Part shown: piece by piece, positions 19,136 to 28,259 of the stretch
Position numbering within the stretch: the first letter of the stretch is position 1
Layout: each line of letters begins with the position of its first letter
From: an uncultured Bacillota bacterium
Lineage (GTDB): Bacteria; Bacillota_I; Bacilli_A; Erysipelotrichales; Erysipelotrichaceae
Reading direction: 5' to 3'
Length of the DNA: 64,000 bases
Assembly (NCBI GenBank): GCA_949290085.1
Contig: CASEQH010000052.1
Coordinates: 9,746-73,745, forward strand
Translations under genes and position numbers: made by a program
The notes under the pieces: generated by a model
What the model saw: the letters and a program-made list of their open reading frames with translations, nothing else
The model's database searches: none
Told to the model about the DNA's origin: nothing

Positions 19136-20977
19136 TTAACTGTGTTTTTTAAGAATTTGATTCTCGAGGTCTTCCTTGAATTGATTGGTGTATAAATTAT
19201 AGTAATAGCCCTTTAAATTCATGAGTTCAGTGTGGTTTCCATCTTCTATTATCTTACCCTTTTTGATAACTAAGATACGATCAGCATTGACGATGGTAGA
19301 AAGACGGTGAGCTACCACAAAAGAAGTTCTATTCTTCATGATATTCTCGATGGCAAATTGGATTATTTTCTCTGTCTCCGTATCAATCGATGCAGTAGCT
19401 TCATCGAGGATAAAGATGGCTGGATTAGCTAATATCGCCCTTGCGAAACAAATCAATTGTTTCTGGCCAGTAGAAAGACGCGAACCACCCTCTCCTACAT
19501 CAGTATTGTAACCATCCTTAAATTGCATGATAAAATCATGAGCATTAACTAGTTTACTAGCAGCAATGATATCTTCTTCGCTAGCATTTAAGGAACCAAA
19601 GCGAATGTTGTCATAGATAGTACCCGAAAAAAGATATGGTGCTTGCAAGACATAACCAAGGTTTGAATGAAGCCAACCGATTGAACGTTTACGATAGTCA
19701 ATGCCATCAATCAGCACTTCGCCTTTCACTGGCTCATAGAAACGACATAAGAGATTTACAATCGTACTTTTACCACTACCTGTCTCGCCTACTAGAGCAA
19801 TGGTTTGACCATGTTTAACCTTAAGATTGAAATTTTCTAAGATAGGCTCTTCTTTAATATAGTGAAAATCAATATTTTTAAATTCGATATCACCAACTAT
19901 TTTTTCAAAGTTTTCATATTTAGGATTAAAGATATCACCATATTTTTCCACAACTTCAGGTGTATCTACAATGCTTGGCTCTTCATTTAGCAACTGTACA
20001 ATTCTTTCACCACTTGCCTGAGCCATCTGTATATCTTGTAAAATCATGGCAATATTTCTGATTGGTTCAAAGAATTGTTGGGCATATTGCGTAAACATCA
20101 TCAAAGTACCAAAACCAATCACATGATCAAATGCCAAATTACTTCCTATCCATAATATAGAAGCCATGGCTAGCGAAGAGATAAATTGAACTAGAGGCCT
20201 AAATATACCACTAAGTCTAGCCGCCTTGACCGAAACCTTCTGCATATAAGAAGTTTCTTCTTTAAATTCATTAAAATTAGATTCTTCAAGAACTAGAGTC
20301 TTAGTCGTCTTAGCTCCATTAATTCCTTCATTAAAGGCATTAGTGATACGCGAATTAGATTTTCTAACTTCACGATAAGCCTTCAATATTCTTTTTTGAA
20401 AGTAAATAGAAGCGATGACTAAAAGTGGAACAACCATCAAGACTAGCAATGTCAAAGTGACATTTGTTTGTAACATGATGACAGTTGAAAAAATCATCAA
20501 TGGAATACCCCATGCGAACTCCGTAAATGACCAGGAGACTATTTCTGCAAGTCTTGCAATATCCGAAGTCATTCTTGAAACTAGCCAACCAATAGGTGTC
20601 ACATCATAGTAATTAAAAGATAATGACTGTAATTTCTTGAATAATTTTTCTCTTAAAAAATATGCAAAACCCATCTCAGCCTTACCAGCAGTCTTAAAGT
20701 AAAACAGATGGAATAAAGGTGTGATAATGCTGAGAATAAGATATAAGACAATAAATAAAATAAATAGGTTGATATCGTAATCAGGATTGGCAAAATTATC
20801 AATTGCAACCTTATTTAAATACGGAAAAATGGCATCCATTAAGGCAATAAAAGTATTTAAGATAATCAGTACTACGATATATTTATAAAACGGACGGAAT
20901 AAACCAAAAATGGTCTTCCACATTGAGACATTAAAGCCTGAATCCGAAAAATCTTTTTCTTCAAATTTAGTTGACAT
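19136..20977 (-). CDS. ABC exporter permease/ATPase, consensus-site subunit of a heterodimer
   Basis: A 6-TM domain plus an NBD. Walker A GETGSGKST, Walker B ILDEATASID and H-loop VAHR are canonical, but the signature is atypical (LSTGQKQLICFAR). Confidence 0.9.
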   Translation of the reverse strand: MSTKFEEKDFSDSGFNVSMWKTIFGLFRPFYKYIVVLIILNTFIALMDAIFPYLNKVAIDNFANPDYDINLFILFIVLYLILSIITPLFHLFYFKTAGKAEMGFAYFLREKLFKKLQSLSFNYYDVTPIGWLVSRMTSDIARLAEIVSWSFTEFAWGIPLMIFSTVIMLQTNVTLTLLVLMVVPLLVIASIYFQKRILKAYREVRKSNSRITNAFNEGINGAKTTKTLVLEESNFNEFKEETSYMQKVSVKAARLSGIFRPLVQFISSLAMASILWIGSNLAFDHVIGFGTLMMFTQYAQQFFEPIRNIAMILQDIQMAQASGERIVQLLNEEPSIVDTPEVVEKYGDIFNPKYENFEKIVGDIEFKNIDFHYIKEEPILENFNLKVKHGQTIALVGETGSGKSTIVNLLCRFYEPVKGEVLIDGIDYRKRSIGWLHSNLGYVLQAPYLFSGTIYDNIRFGSLNASEEDIIAASKLVNAHDFIMQFKDGYNTDVGEGGSRLSTGQKQLICFARAILANPAIFILDEATASIDTETEKIIQFAIENIMKNRTSFVVAHRLSTIVNADRILVIKKGKIIEDGNHTELMNLKGYYYNLYTNQFKEDLENQILKKHS

Positions 20978-22766
20978 TTATTGTTTCCTCTTTTATAGAA
21001 TTCTGTATCTCATTGATACGCGAGTAAAAACCATCAGTTTTAATGAGGTCTTCATGTTTTCCAACTTGAGTAATGGTGCCATTTTCCATCACAACAATAT
21101 AGTCGGCATCCTTAGCAGTTAATACTCTTTGAGTAATTATAAGCATAGTGACATCGCCTTCTAGAGTCTTTAGAGCTTTTCTTATATTGACATCTGTTTG
21201 AGCATCAACAGCACTTAATGAATCATCAAATACTAGGATTTCACAATCATTTACTAAAGTTCTGGCGATGGCAATACGCTGTTTTTGACCACCGGATAGA
21301 GTTATACCCTTTTCGCCAACAATAGTGTCATAACCTTTTTCAAATTCATTGATTACATCATGAACACAGGCGATAGAAGTAGCCTCTTTAATGCGACGAA
21401 AATCAATATTAGCATTTGATACTCGTAAATTCTCATAGATGGTCTTAGAAAATAAAAATGGTTCTTGCAATACTATGCCTATATTTTTACGCAAATGCTT
21501 TTTAGCAATACTAGAAATATCGACACCATTAATCGATATAGAACCATCTGTTGGTTCATATAATCGGTCCAATAATTGAATAAGCGATGACTTGCCACTG
21601 CCAGTTGGACCAATAATAGCCACTGTATCACCCTTATTGATATGCAGATTGATATCTTTAAGTATCTCAGTATCAGGGTCATCATCATAATGGAAAGACA
21701 CATGATCAAAGTCTATAGATCCGTCAAGAGATGGATATAAGCCATCTTCTAAATCTTCAATCTTCTCATTTTTAATCTCAATTAGACGGTCAAGTGAAAC
21801 AGTCAATCGTCCAAAGTCGCTAAGTATTCTTCCTAATTGTCGAAGTTGATAGAGAATAGTGGTTTGATAAGTGACAAAGACAGTAAAATTACCAATAGTC
21901 AAACTATTATTCTGTACCGAAAAAACACCAAAAACAATGACAGAAAGAATTCCTAATAGACAAATGAGATAACTTGAAGCCCAAAACCATCCAAGATAAG
22001 ATAGCATCTTATAAGTTACATCTTGATAGTTTTTAGATAGTGTTAAGAACTTATCGAGTTCATAACGCTCACGATGAAAAGCTTTGATGACACGAACGCC
22101 ACTAAGCGATTCTTGTATCTTTGTCGTCATAACACCCTCAGCTTCATCTGATAGCGTAAATTGTTTGCGAACCTTACAGAAAAAGATATAACTATAAATA
22201 AAGATGATGGGTAAAGAAATACTGGCAATTAATGCCATATTTATATTGATAGAAAATAAAATATATAAAGCTGAAATAGCTGAGACGATAATTACAACTA
22301 TCTCAAGACATTGACCAGCAAAAAATCTTCTTATCGTATCGACATCAGAAGTACATCTTTGTACTAAGTCACCAGTCTTAGCTCTCACATGATAAGCATA
22401 AGGTAATTTTTGTAAGTGATCGTAAAGGTCATTACGAATATTAAGCGATAGACCTTCAGAAAAGATAGCTTGGCCATTATATCGATAGAACATCATTAAG
22501 GCATGAATAGCATACATGATGATTAACACTATGGCTACAACCCATATATTATGGCTTAAATAATCAATGCCTCCTAAGAGTTCACTAAAAAACGACAAAA
22601 AAGGATTAGTCACTGGTAACCCTTGTATGAGATTGTCTATTACAAAACTAAATATTAAGCTGGTCAATAGACCTAATATAGCATATATTATTGATGCTAA
22701 AACACTAGAAATGAAAATGTATCTGTATTTTTTAAAATGTTCAAATATAAATTTAAACCGCGTCAT
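20967..22766 (-). CDS. ABC exporter permease/ATPase, degenerate-site subunit of a heterodimer
   Basis: Walker A GPTGSGKSS and canonical signature LSGGQKQRIAIAR. Walker B is LVFDDS (Asp replaces the catalytic Glu) and the H-loop reads ITQR (Gln replaces His). Confidence 0.9.
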   Translation of the reverse strand: MTRFKFIFEHFKKYRYIFISSVLASIIYAILGLLTSLIFSFVIDNLIQGLPVTNPFLSFFSELLGGIDYLSHNIWVVAIVLIIMYAIHALMMFYRYNGQAIFSEGLSLNIRNDLYDHLQKLPYAYHVRAKTGDLVQRCTSDVDTIRRFFAGQCLEIVVIIVSAISALYILFSININMALIASISLPIIFIYSYIFFCKVRKQFTLSDEAEGVMTTKIQESLSGVRVIKAFHRERYELDKFLTLSKNYQDVTYKMLSYLGWFWASSYLICLLGILSVIVFGVFSVQNNSLTIGNFTVFVTYQTTILYQLRQLGRILSDFGRLTVSLDRLIEIKNEKIEDLEDGLYPSLDGSIDFDHVSFHYDDDPDTEILKDINLHINKGDTVAIIGPTGSGKSSLIQLLDRLYEPTDGSISINGVDISSIAKKHLRKNIGIVLQEPFLFSKTIYENLRVSNANIDFRRIKEATSIACVHDVINEFEKGYDTIVGEKGITLSGGQKQRIAIARTLVNDCEILVFDDSLSAVDAQTDVNIRKALKTLEGDVTMLIITQRVLTAKDADYIVVMENGTITQVGKHEDLIKTDGFYSRINEIQNSIKEETINVN

Positions 22767-23014
22767 TTATTATAAATTTGTTTCAAAGCCTGTGCAATTT
22801 GATCGGGGCAAGAAGTATTTTTATTGCCACATTTAACTCCATCAAATCTATCGATGACATAGTCGATGGGCATGCCGACTAAGATTTTTGATATGCCCAA
22901 CAAATTGCCAGGACAACCCCCTATAATCTTAACGTTTTCTATAATATTGTCATCATTAATATCAAAAATCATTTTTTGGGAACAAGTTCCCTTTGGTGTA
23001 TATTCATAGTTCAT
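22763..23014 (-). CDS. Small TSCPD-domain protein (TIGR03905-like, 4-Cys)
   Basis: 83 aa. ...KGTCS...GGCPGNL...GVKCGNKNTSCPDQIA. ATGA overlap with the downstream ABC gene. Confidence 0.7.
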   Translation of the reverse strand: MNYEYTPKGTCSQKMIFDINDDNIIENVKIIGGCPGNLLGISKILVGMPIDYVIDRFDGVKCGNKNTSCPDQIAQALKQIYNK

Positions 23015-23018
23015 ATAA

Positions 23019-23681
23019 TTACACTCTCTCTAACTCAGAAAAATGCTCAAAGAGATCATTTTTACATGCGATGATAAGCTTATCATCTTTAGTTATTAAT
23101 TCATTAGGGTCAACAGTCAATGTAAGCTTCTTATCTCTTCTAATTGCAATTACATTGATGCCAAAATTATTGCGAAGATTTAGTTCGCTGAGTGTATAAC
23201 CAACCCAAGTATCTAATACATGTATCTCAACGATAGAATACTCACTATCGATATCAAAAAGGTCAATGATGTCTGGTGAAACAAGTTTCTTAGCCACTCG
23301 CTTACCAATTTCTTTTTCAGGCAGTACTACTTCATCAGCACCTATCTTCATCAAAATCTCAGAATATTTACGATTTTTAGCCTTGGCGATTATCTTTTTA
23401 ACCCCAAGTTCCTTAAGGTTCATAATACACATAATAGAATCTTCTAGATGTGAGCCCGTTGCCACGACAGCACAATCAACTTCTTCAATGCCGACAGCCT
23501 TTAATTGCTCAATGTCATTGATGTTTAGACATACAGCATGTGTAACAAATTCGCTCATCCTTTCTACTTGTGCGATATCATTGTCTATCGCAATAACATC
23601 GTGACCATAGCAAGATAGATTCTTAGCTATAGTTGATCCAAAGATTCCTAAACCTAAAACTGCATAAGTATTTTTTTTCAT
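23019..23681 (-). CDS. ktrA: K+ uptake system peripheral subunit (KtrA/TrkA, RCK domains)
   Basis: 220 aa. N-terminal GLGIFG Rossmann motif followed by RCK_C. Confidence 0.9.
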   Translation of the reverse strand: MKKNTYAVLGLGIFGSTIAKNLSCYGHDVIAIDNDIAQVERMSEFVTHAVCLNINDIEQLKAVGIEEVDCAVVATGSHLEDSIMCIMNLKELGVKKIIAKAKNRKYSEILMKIGADEVVLPEKEIGKRVAKKLVSPDIIDLFDIDSEYSIVEIHVLDTWVGYTLSELNLRNNFGINVIAIRRDKKLTLTVDPNELITKDDKLIIACKNDLFEHFSELERV

Positions 23682-23686
23682 ATCAA

Positions 23687-25072
23687 TTACCCCACAACAA
23701 TATCAGTGGCTGGATATCGTACTCCTGTATCAGCCTTCACTCTTCTACGCAAAGATAGAGCGATAGTGATTGGACCGACTCTGCCAATAAACATTAATAA
23801 TATAATTATAATCTTAGAAGCTGTACATAGCGAAGTAGTTATACCAGTCGTCAAACCGACAGTAGCTAAAGCAGATACAACTTCAAAAAGAATGTCTATA
23901 AACTCTTGATTTTCAAATATCGAAATGAAAAACGAAGAAACAAGTGTTAACGATATATACAGTAAAAATACAACAAACGCTTTAATAATATAACTGTAAT
24001 GTACTTCTCGTTTAAAGAAACTAACGGTATTTCTATCATTAATTATAGTCAAAGCTGAATAAATCAGTAAGAAGAGAGTCGTTGTTTTAATACCACCAGC
24101 GGTACCTCCAGGCGATCCGCCAATAAACATCAAAGCAATCATGACTAGCTTGGTAGCGTCATGTAATATTGTGAAATCAATCGTAAAGAATCCTGCTGTA
24201 CGCAATGTTACAGAATTAAAGAAAGAAGCTAAAATCTTATCAAAGAGACCTAGATGAGATAAAGAATTATGGTACTCCAAAATAAGAATCATAACAGCAC
24301 CAAACGTAATTAGGAAAAATGTAACAATTAACACTACTTTTGTATTAATCCTAAGTTTTTCAAAGAAATATTTAATATTTTTCTTTAAATTATGCATAAC
24401 ACGTAAATTATGCGCTACATCAAACCATACCGCGAATCCTAGACCGCCCATTATGATTAAAAATGGAACAACTAAATTTATCACTAAATTAGTCTGATAA
24501 TCTACTAAAGAATTAGGTCCTAATATATCAATACCAGCATTACAAAAAGCAGATACCGATAAGAATAACGACTGAAATAATTCTAATAAAATATTATCTC
24601 CGCGATATAGCTGAGTAAATATAAGAATAAATCCTAAAAATTCGAAAAAGAATGTGTACCGTACTATGGCTTTTATATAGCTTCCAACACCGTGGAAATC
24701 TTCTTTGCTCAAAGCGTCTTTTAATAACATTTTTTCTCTGAAATCCAGCTTGGCATGCATAAAGAGCAAGAGTACAGACACAAAGGTCATAAGCCCTAAA
24801 CCACCAATCTGAATAAGAAGAAGAACGACGATTTGACCGAAAATAGTGAATTGATCTGCAGGCACTACTGTGACCAATCCTGTCACACAGGTTGAAGTTG
24901 TTGCAGTGAACAAAGCATCAATATAATTGATGTCTTGATTGTTGTTAGAAATATCTAATGTCAATAAAAAAGAGCCCACTAAAATAACTATCAAAAAAGA
25001 AAAAGCGAGAGTTATTTCTGGACGTGTTTTCTTAAAAGGATTGCGCTTCATAAACCTTTCTTTCATCCCCAT
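23687..25072 (-). CDS. ktrB: K+ uptake system membrane subunit (KtrB/TrkH family)
   Basis: 461 aa polytopic protein with repeated pore-loop glycine motifs (TGL, GGLG, GGSPGGTAGGIKT). Confidence 0.9.
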   Translation of the reverse strand: MGMKERFMKRNPFKKTRPEITLAFSFLIVILVGSFLLTLDISNNNQDINYIDALFTATTSTCVTGLVTVVPADQFTIFGQIVVLLLIQIGGLGLMTFVSVLLLFMHAKLDFREKMLLKDALSKEDFHGVGSYIKAIVRYTFFFEFLGFILIFTQLYRGDNILLELFQSLFLSVSAFCNAGIDILGPNSLVDYQTNLVINLVVPFLIIMGGLGFAVWFDVAHNLRVMHNLKKNIKYFFEKLRINTKVVLIVTFFLITFGAVMILILEYHNSLSHLGLFDKILASFFNSVTLRTAGFFTIDFTILHDATKLVMIALMFIGGSPGGTAGGIKTTTLFLLIYSALTIINDRNTVSFFKREVHYSYIIKAFVVFLLYISLTLVSSFFISIFENQEFIDILFEVVSALATVGLTTGITTSLCTASKIIIILLMFIGRVGPITIALSLRRRVKADTGVRYPATDIVVG

Positions 25073-25078
25073 GTGAGC

Positions 25079-25087
25079 ATTATAGCA
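25079..25087 (-). promoter_or_regulatory. Extended -10 box TGcTATAAT exactly 6 nt upstream of the ktrB/trkH ATG (candidate leaderless promoter)
   Basis: The minus strand reads AGTGCTATAATGCTCAC-ATG. There is no SD. Confidence 0.5.
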
Positions 25088-25168
25088 CTATGATTTTTAA
25101 AAATAAAGACTTAAGTCTTTAATTTAATAACAATATAGAGTAAAATATTTGAAGTGAAGAGGTTATTT

Positions 25169-26626
25169 ATGGAAAAAATACGTACAAGATTTGCTCCAAG
25201 CCCTACTGGCTATATGCACATAGGCAATCTAAGGACAGCATTATATGCATATTTAGTTGCAAAGAAACAAAAAGATGGAGTTTTTATTCTCAGAATAGAA
25301 GATACTGACCAACAAAGATTGATAGAAGGTGCTACTGACATAATTTTTAACACCTTAAAAGAATGTGGTCTCCAACACGATGAAGGGCCAGATGTCGGCG
25401 GTGATTATGGACCATATGTTCAATCAGAAAGAATGAAGTCTGGCATTTATAAAAAATATGCCTTAGAACTAGTTGAAAAAGGTAAAGCACATATCTGTTT
25501 CTGCAAGGAAGAAGATATTAAAGCTCAAAAAGAAGTAGCTGAGGCACGTGGTGAATCTTTCATCTATGTCGACCCTTGTAAGAAACTATCAAAAGAAGAA
25601 ATACAAAACAGAATTGATGCAGGTGAACCATATGTCGTAAGACAAAATATCGACCCTAATGGAACAACTTCATTCGTCGATGAAGTATATGGCACTATCA
25701 CTGTCGATAATTCTTCTCTCGATGAGATGATACTATTAAAATCTGATGGCTTCCCTACTTATAATTTTGCCAATGTCATTGATGATCACTTAATGGGTAT
25801 CACTGATGTAGTAAGAGGAAATGAATACTTGTCTTCTACCCCAAAATACAACTTAATTTATGAAGCTATGGGTTGGAATATTCCGCGCTATATTCATTGC
25901 CCACCAGTAATGAAAGATGAACATAGTAAGTTATCTAAACGTAATGGTGATGCTTCTTTCCAAGATTTGGTCGCTAAAGGATATTTACCACAAGCTATTT
26001 TGAACTACATCGCTCTACTTGGTTGGTCTCCTAGTGAAGATAGAGAAATCTATTCTCTTCAAGAACTCTGCCAAGCCTTTGATGTAAAAAGAATAAATAC
26101 TTCTGGTGCTATCTTTGATATCGAAAAGCTCAAATGGATGAATGGTGTCTATTTAAGAGAAATGGATATGGATGAATATATTAAACTAGTTACTCCATAT
26201 ATCAAAGAAAGTGTTAAGAAAGATTATTCTATCAAAGAAATAGCTCATATCTTAAAAGAAAGAGTTACATTATTGAATGATATCCCTGAGATGGTTGACT
26301 TCTTCGATGAATTACCAGCATACGAAAACGATTTGTTCATCAACAAAAAGATGAAGACAAACCCAGAAGTAGCATTAGAATCATTAAGATCTGCTCTAAG
26401 TTTCTTTGAAAACATCGATAATTTCGAACACGATACCATCCATGATGGATTAATTAACTTAGCTCAAGAAAAACAAATAAAAAATGGTCAACTCTTATAC
26501 CCAATTCGTGTCGCCCTATCTGGTAAAGCATTTACTCCAGGCGGAGCAATTGAACTATCACTCATATTAGGTAAAGAAGAGACAATTAACAGAATTAAAT
26601 TCGCTATTGATAAACTATCTAATTAA
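25169..26626 (+). CDS. gltX: Glutamate--tRNA ligase
   Basis: HIGN motif (YMHIGNLRT) and KLSKR. I place the start at ATG 25169 ([14 protein letters not shown]) behind GAAGAGG, rather than at the GTG at 25154 in the ORF track. Confidence 0.95.
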   Translation: MEKIRTRFAPSPTGYMHIGNLRTALYAYLVAKKQKDGVFILRIEDTDQQRLIEGATDIIFNTLKECGLQHDEGPDVGGDYGPYVQSERMKSGIYKKYALELVEKGKAHICFCKEEDIKAQKEVAEARGESFIYVDPCKKLSKEEIQNRIDAGEPYVVRQNIDPNGTTSFVDEVYGTITVDNSSLDEMILLKSDGFPTYNFANVIDDHLMGITDVVRGNEYLSSTPKYNLIYEAMGWNIPRYIHCPPVMKDEHSKLSKRNGDASFQDLVAKGYLPQAILNYIALLGWSPSEDREIYSLQELCQAFDVKRINTSGAIFDIEKLKWMNGVYLREMDMDEYIKLVTPYIKESVKKDYSIKEIAHILKERVTLLNDIPEMVDFFDELPAYENDLFINKKMKTNPEVALESLRSALSFFENIDNFEHDTIHDGLINLAQEKQIKNGQLLYPIRVALSGKAFTPGGAIELSLILGKEETINRIKFAIDKLSN

Positions 26627-26657
26627 GCCTTCTGCTCAAAGCATTAGGCTTTTTATT
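26625..26657 (+). terminator. Terminator after gltX
   Basis: Imperfect hairpin AAGCCT-TC-TGCT-CAA-AGCA-TT-AGGCTT followed by TTTTATT. Confidence 0.6.
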
Positions 26658-26769
26658 ATCGTATCAGTTGCACGACAAAAAGCACTTTTATCTGTACAGG
26701 TAGCATATTCATTAAATAGTTGATCAGGCTGTATACAGAATATTTCTTCTCCGGTATAAAATCTTCCTA

Positions 26770-27123
26770 TTACATGACCACCACTTCGATATCCTGTATC
26801 TTTCCATGTGTAGCCATTAACCTCGCAACCACATTGTTTGAAGTTCTTCTGTTGAATATACTTTCACTAACTATTTCATCATTAGTGTCTCTAACTACAA
26901 ATTTAACAGTATAGCGACCATTAGTATTTAAATCATAGTCTCCTTCAATACTTAAGCTTTGTCCTTCTTCTAATTTAAAGTTTGTACTTAAATCATCAAT
27001 ACTGTCTTTGACAATATAATAAATATCATCATCTAAAGATAATAGATTTGCTTCATCTTCATTAGAAGCAGTATTACTACAACCTGCAAGGAGCAGTAAC
27101 ATAGTTAAACATAGAATTAGCAT
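26770..27123 (-). CDS. Small lipoprotein with an Ig-like/DUF5011-like segment, probably frameshifted (see findings)
   Basis: Signal peptide with lipobox LLLAGC. A GRYTVKFVVRDTNDEIV beta-sandwich-like segment follows. A 75-codon open frame continues in another frame down to 26636. Confidence 0.6.
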   Translation of the reverse strand: MLILCLTMLLLLAGCSNTASNEDEANLLSLDDDIYYIVKDSIDDLSTNFKLEEGQSLSIEGDYDLNTNGRYTVKFVVRDTNDEIVSESIFNRRTSNNVVARLMATHGKIQDIEVVVM

Positions 27124-27277
27124 TTTTTTATGTTTTCTATAATACCCTTTTCAAATAATATCCTTATACAATAAATAACTTTATCTGTTTAAATAATGAT
27201 ATCATAGTTAGATAGATGATATTTATATGTTGAATTTTAGAATTATGTCAAAGCAATATAAAAAATTACAAACTTAA

Positions 27278-27306
27278 TTGAAATTTATAAAAGTATTTGC
27301 TACAAT
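27278..27306 (+). promoter_or_regulatory. Promoter of tRNA-Arg (TTGAAA-17 nt-TACAAT)
   Basis: TTGAAA at 27278-27283, a 17-nt spacer, then TACAAT at 27301-27306. The tRNA starts at 27318. Confidence 0.5.
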
Positions 27307-27317
27307 AATTTAGCGAT

Positions 27318-27394
27318 GTCTACGTAGCTCAGCTGGATAGAGCACTCGCCTTCTAAGCGAGCGGTCGTGGGTTCGAATCCCTCCGTGGACGCCA
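27318..27394 (+). tRNA. tRNA-Arg (anticodon TCT)
   Basis: Cloverleaf folded by hand. Acceptor GTCTACG/CGTGGAC (one G-U pair), D arm GCTC/GAGC, anticodon stem CTCGC/GCGAG with loop CTTCTAA, T loop TTCGAAT (one U-U mismatch in the T stem), and an encoded CCA. Confidence 0.88.
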
Positions 27395-27436
27395 TTTAGT
27401 TTATTTTGCGATATATTATCGCTCAATATCCCCGTT

Positions 27437-27472
27437 AGAACTGTAAGGAAGAATCTAAACAGTTCTTTTTTT
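27437..27472 (+). terminator. Terminator after tRNA-Arg
   Basis: Stem AGAACTGT/ACAGTTCT followed by TTTTTTT. Confidence 0.8.
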
Positions 27473-27553
27473 ATAACTTGGTTGTTTGATAGATAGTTGC
27501 ATGATTAGCGATGAAAATATAAACTAATTAGACTAACTTTTAGTCAAAAAGAC

Positions 27554-27582
27554 TTGAAATAAAGGCTAGAAATATGTATGAT
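27554..27582 (+). promoter_or_regulatory. Promoter of the infC-rpmI-rplT operon (TTGAAA-17 nt-TATGAT)
   Basis: TTGAAA at 27554-27559 and TATGAT at 27577-27582. Confidence 0.5.
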
Positions 27583-27710
27583 TATTAAGTAATAAAAAGT
27601 ATGTAGAAAGTAGAAGGCCACTTCTCACCTGAAGTCCAAAGGATTTGGGTATTGTATTGCTACGATATGTATGTGATATGAGTGGGCTTTGACTCGCTTT
27701 TTATTTTGTT
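27583..27710 (+). promoter_or_regulatory. Structured 5' leader of infC-rpmI-rplT (possible L20-responsive leader)
   Basis: A leader of about 130 nt with hairpins AGAAG-GCCA-CTTCT and CCAAA-GGA-TTTGG, and a weak stem (GAGT...ACTC) followed by TTTTTATTTT just before the RBS. Firmicute infC operons are known to carry an L20 leader. I cannot verify the consensus by eye. Confidence 0.35.
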
Positions 27711-27719
27711 GGAGGTGTC

Positions 27720-28247
27720 ATTATTACAAGAAAAAACCAAAACGATGACTTTGTTAACGAATCAATTCGTTTTAAAGAGGTATTAGTCATTGGGCCTAAT
27801 GGAGAACAATTAGGTGTCATGCTTCGCCGTGAAGCACTAGAAAAAGCTTATGATATGGATTTAGATCTTTTATGTGTAGCTCCAAATGCTCAACCACCAG
27901 TATGTAAAATATTGGATTATGGTAAGCATCGCTTTGAAGCTCAGAAAAAGGCTAAAGAAGCTAAGAAAAATCAGCATACGACAGAAGTAAAACCCTTACG
28001 TCTTTCACCAGTGATTGACAAACATGACTTTGATACTAAAGTAAATCAATCTATTAAATGGTTGAGCAGCGGTATGAAAGTTAAGGCAGATATGCGCTTT
28101 AGAGGAAGATTAATAACTCGTCAAGAAGTTGGTTTGAAAATTATGAATGACTTTATTGAATCTTTAGCCGAATATTCAATAGTCGAAAAGAAACCTTCTT
28201 TAGAGGGAAATATTATGTCTTGTGTATTAGCACCTAAGAAGAAATAG
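27720..28247 (+). CDS. infC: Translation initiation factor IF-3 (non-AUG ATT start)
   Basis: Conserved N-terminus ...NESIRFKEVLVIGPNGEQLGV lies upstream of the first ATG (27819). In-frame ATT codons at 27720 and 27723 follow the RBS GGAGGT (27711-27716), and there are no stops in between. Confidence 0.9.
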   Translation: MITRKNQNDDFVNESIRFKEVLVIGPNGEQLGVMLRREALEKAYDMDLDLLCVAPNAQPPVCKILDYGKHRFEAQKKAKEAKKNQHTTEVKPLRLSPVIDKHDFDTKVNQSIKWLSSGMKVKADMRFRGRLITRQEVGLKIMNDFIESLAEYSIVEKKPSLEGNIMSCVLAPKKK

Positions 28248-28259
28248 GAGGATAATCAA

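Noticed and set aside
25088-25168. Possible T-box or other riboswitch upstream of gltX, including the palindrome AAAGACTTAAGTCTTT.
   Set aside because: The divergent intergenic region is under 100 nt, far too short for a T-box leader, and there is no specifier or antiterminator architecture. The palindrome may be an operator or a chance AT palindrome, and I cannot support more than that.
26636-26863. Reading the FCIQPDQ segment of the out-of-frame lipoprotein tail as a thioester-domain Cys motif, as in TIE/TQXA adhesins.
   Set aside because: This is only a 4-5 residue resemblance. There is no partner TQxA(I/V)W Gln motif, and the tail is far too short for a thioester domain.
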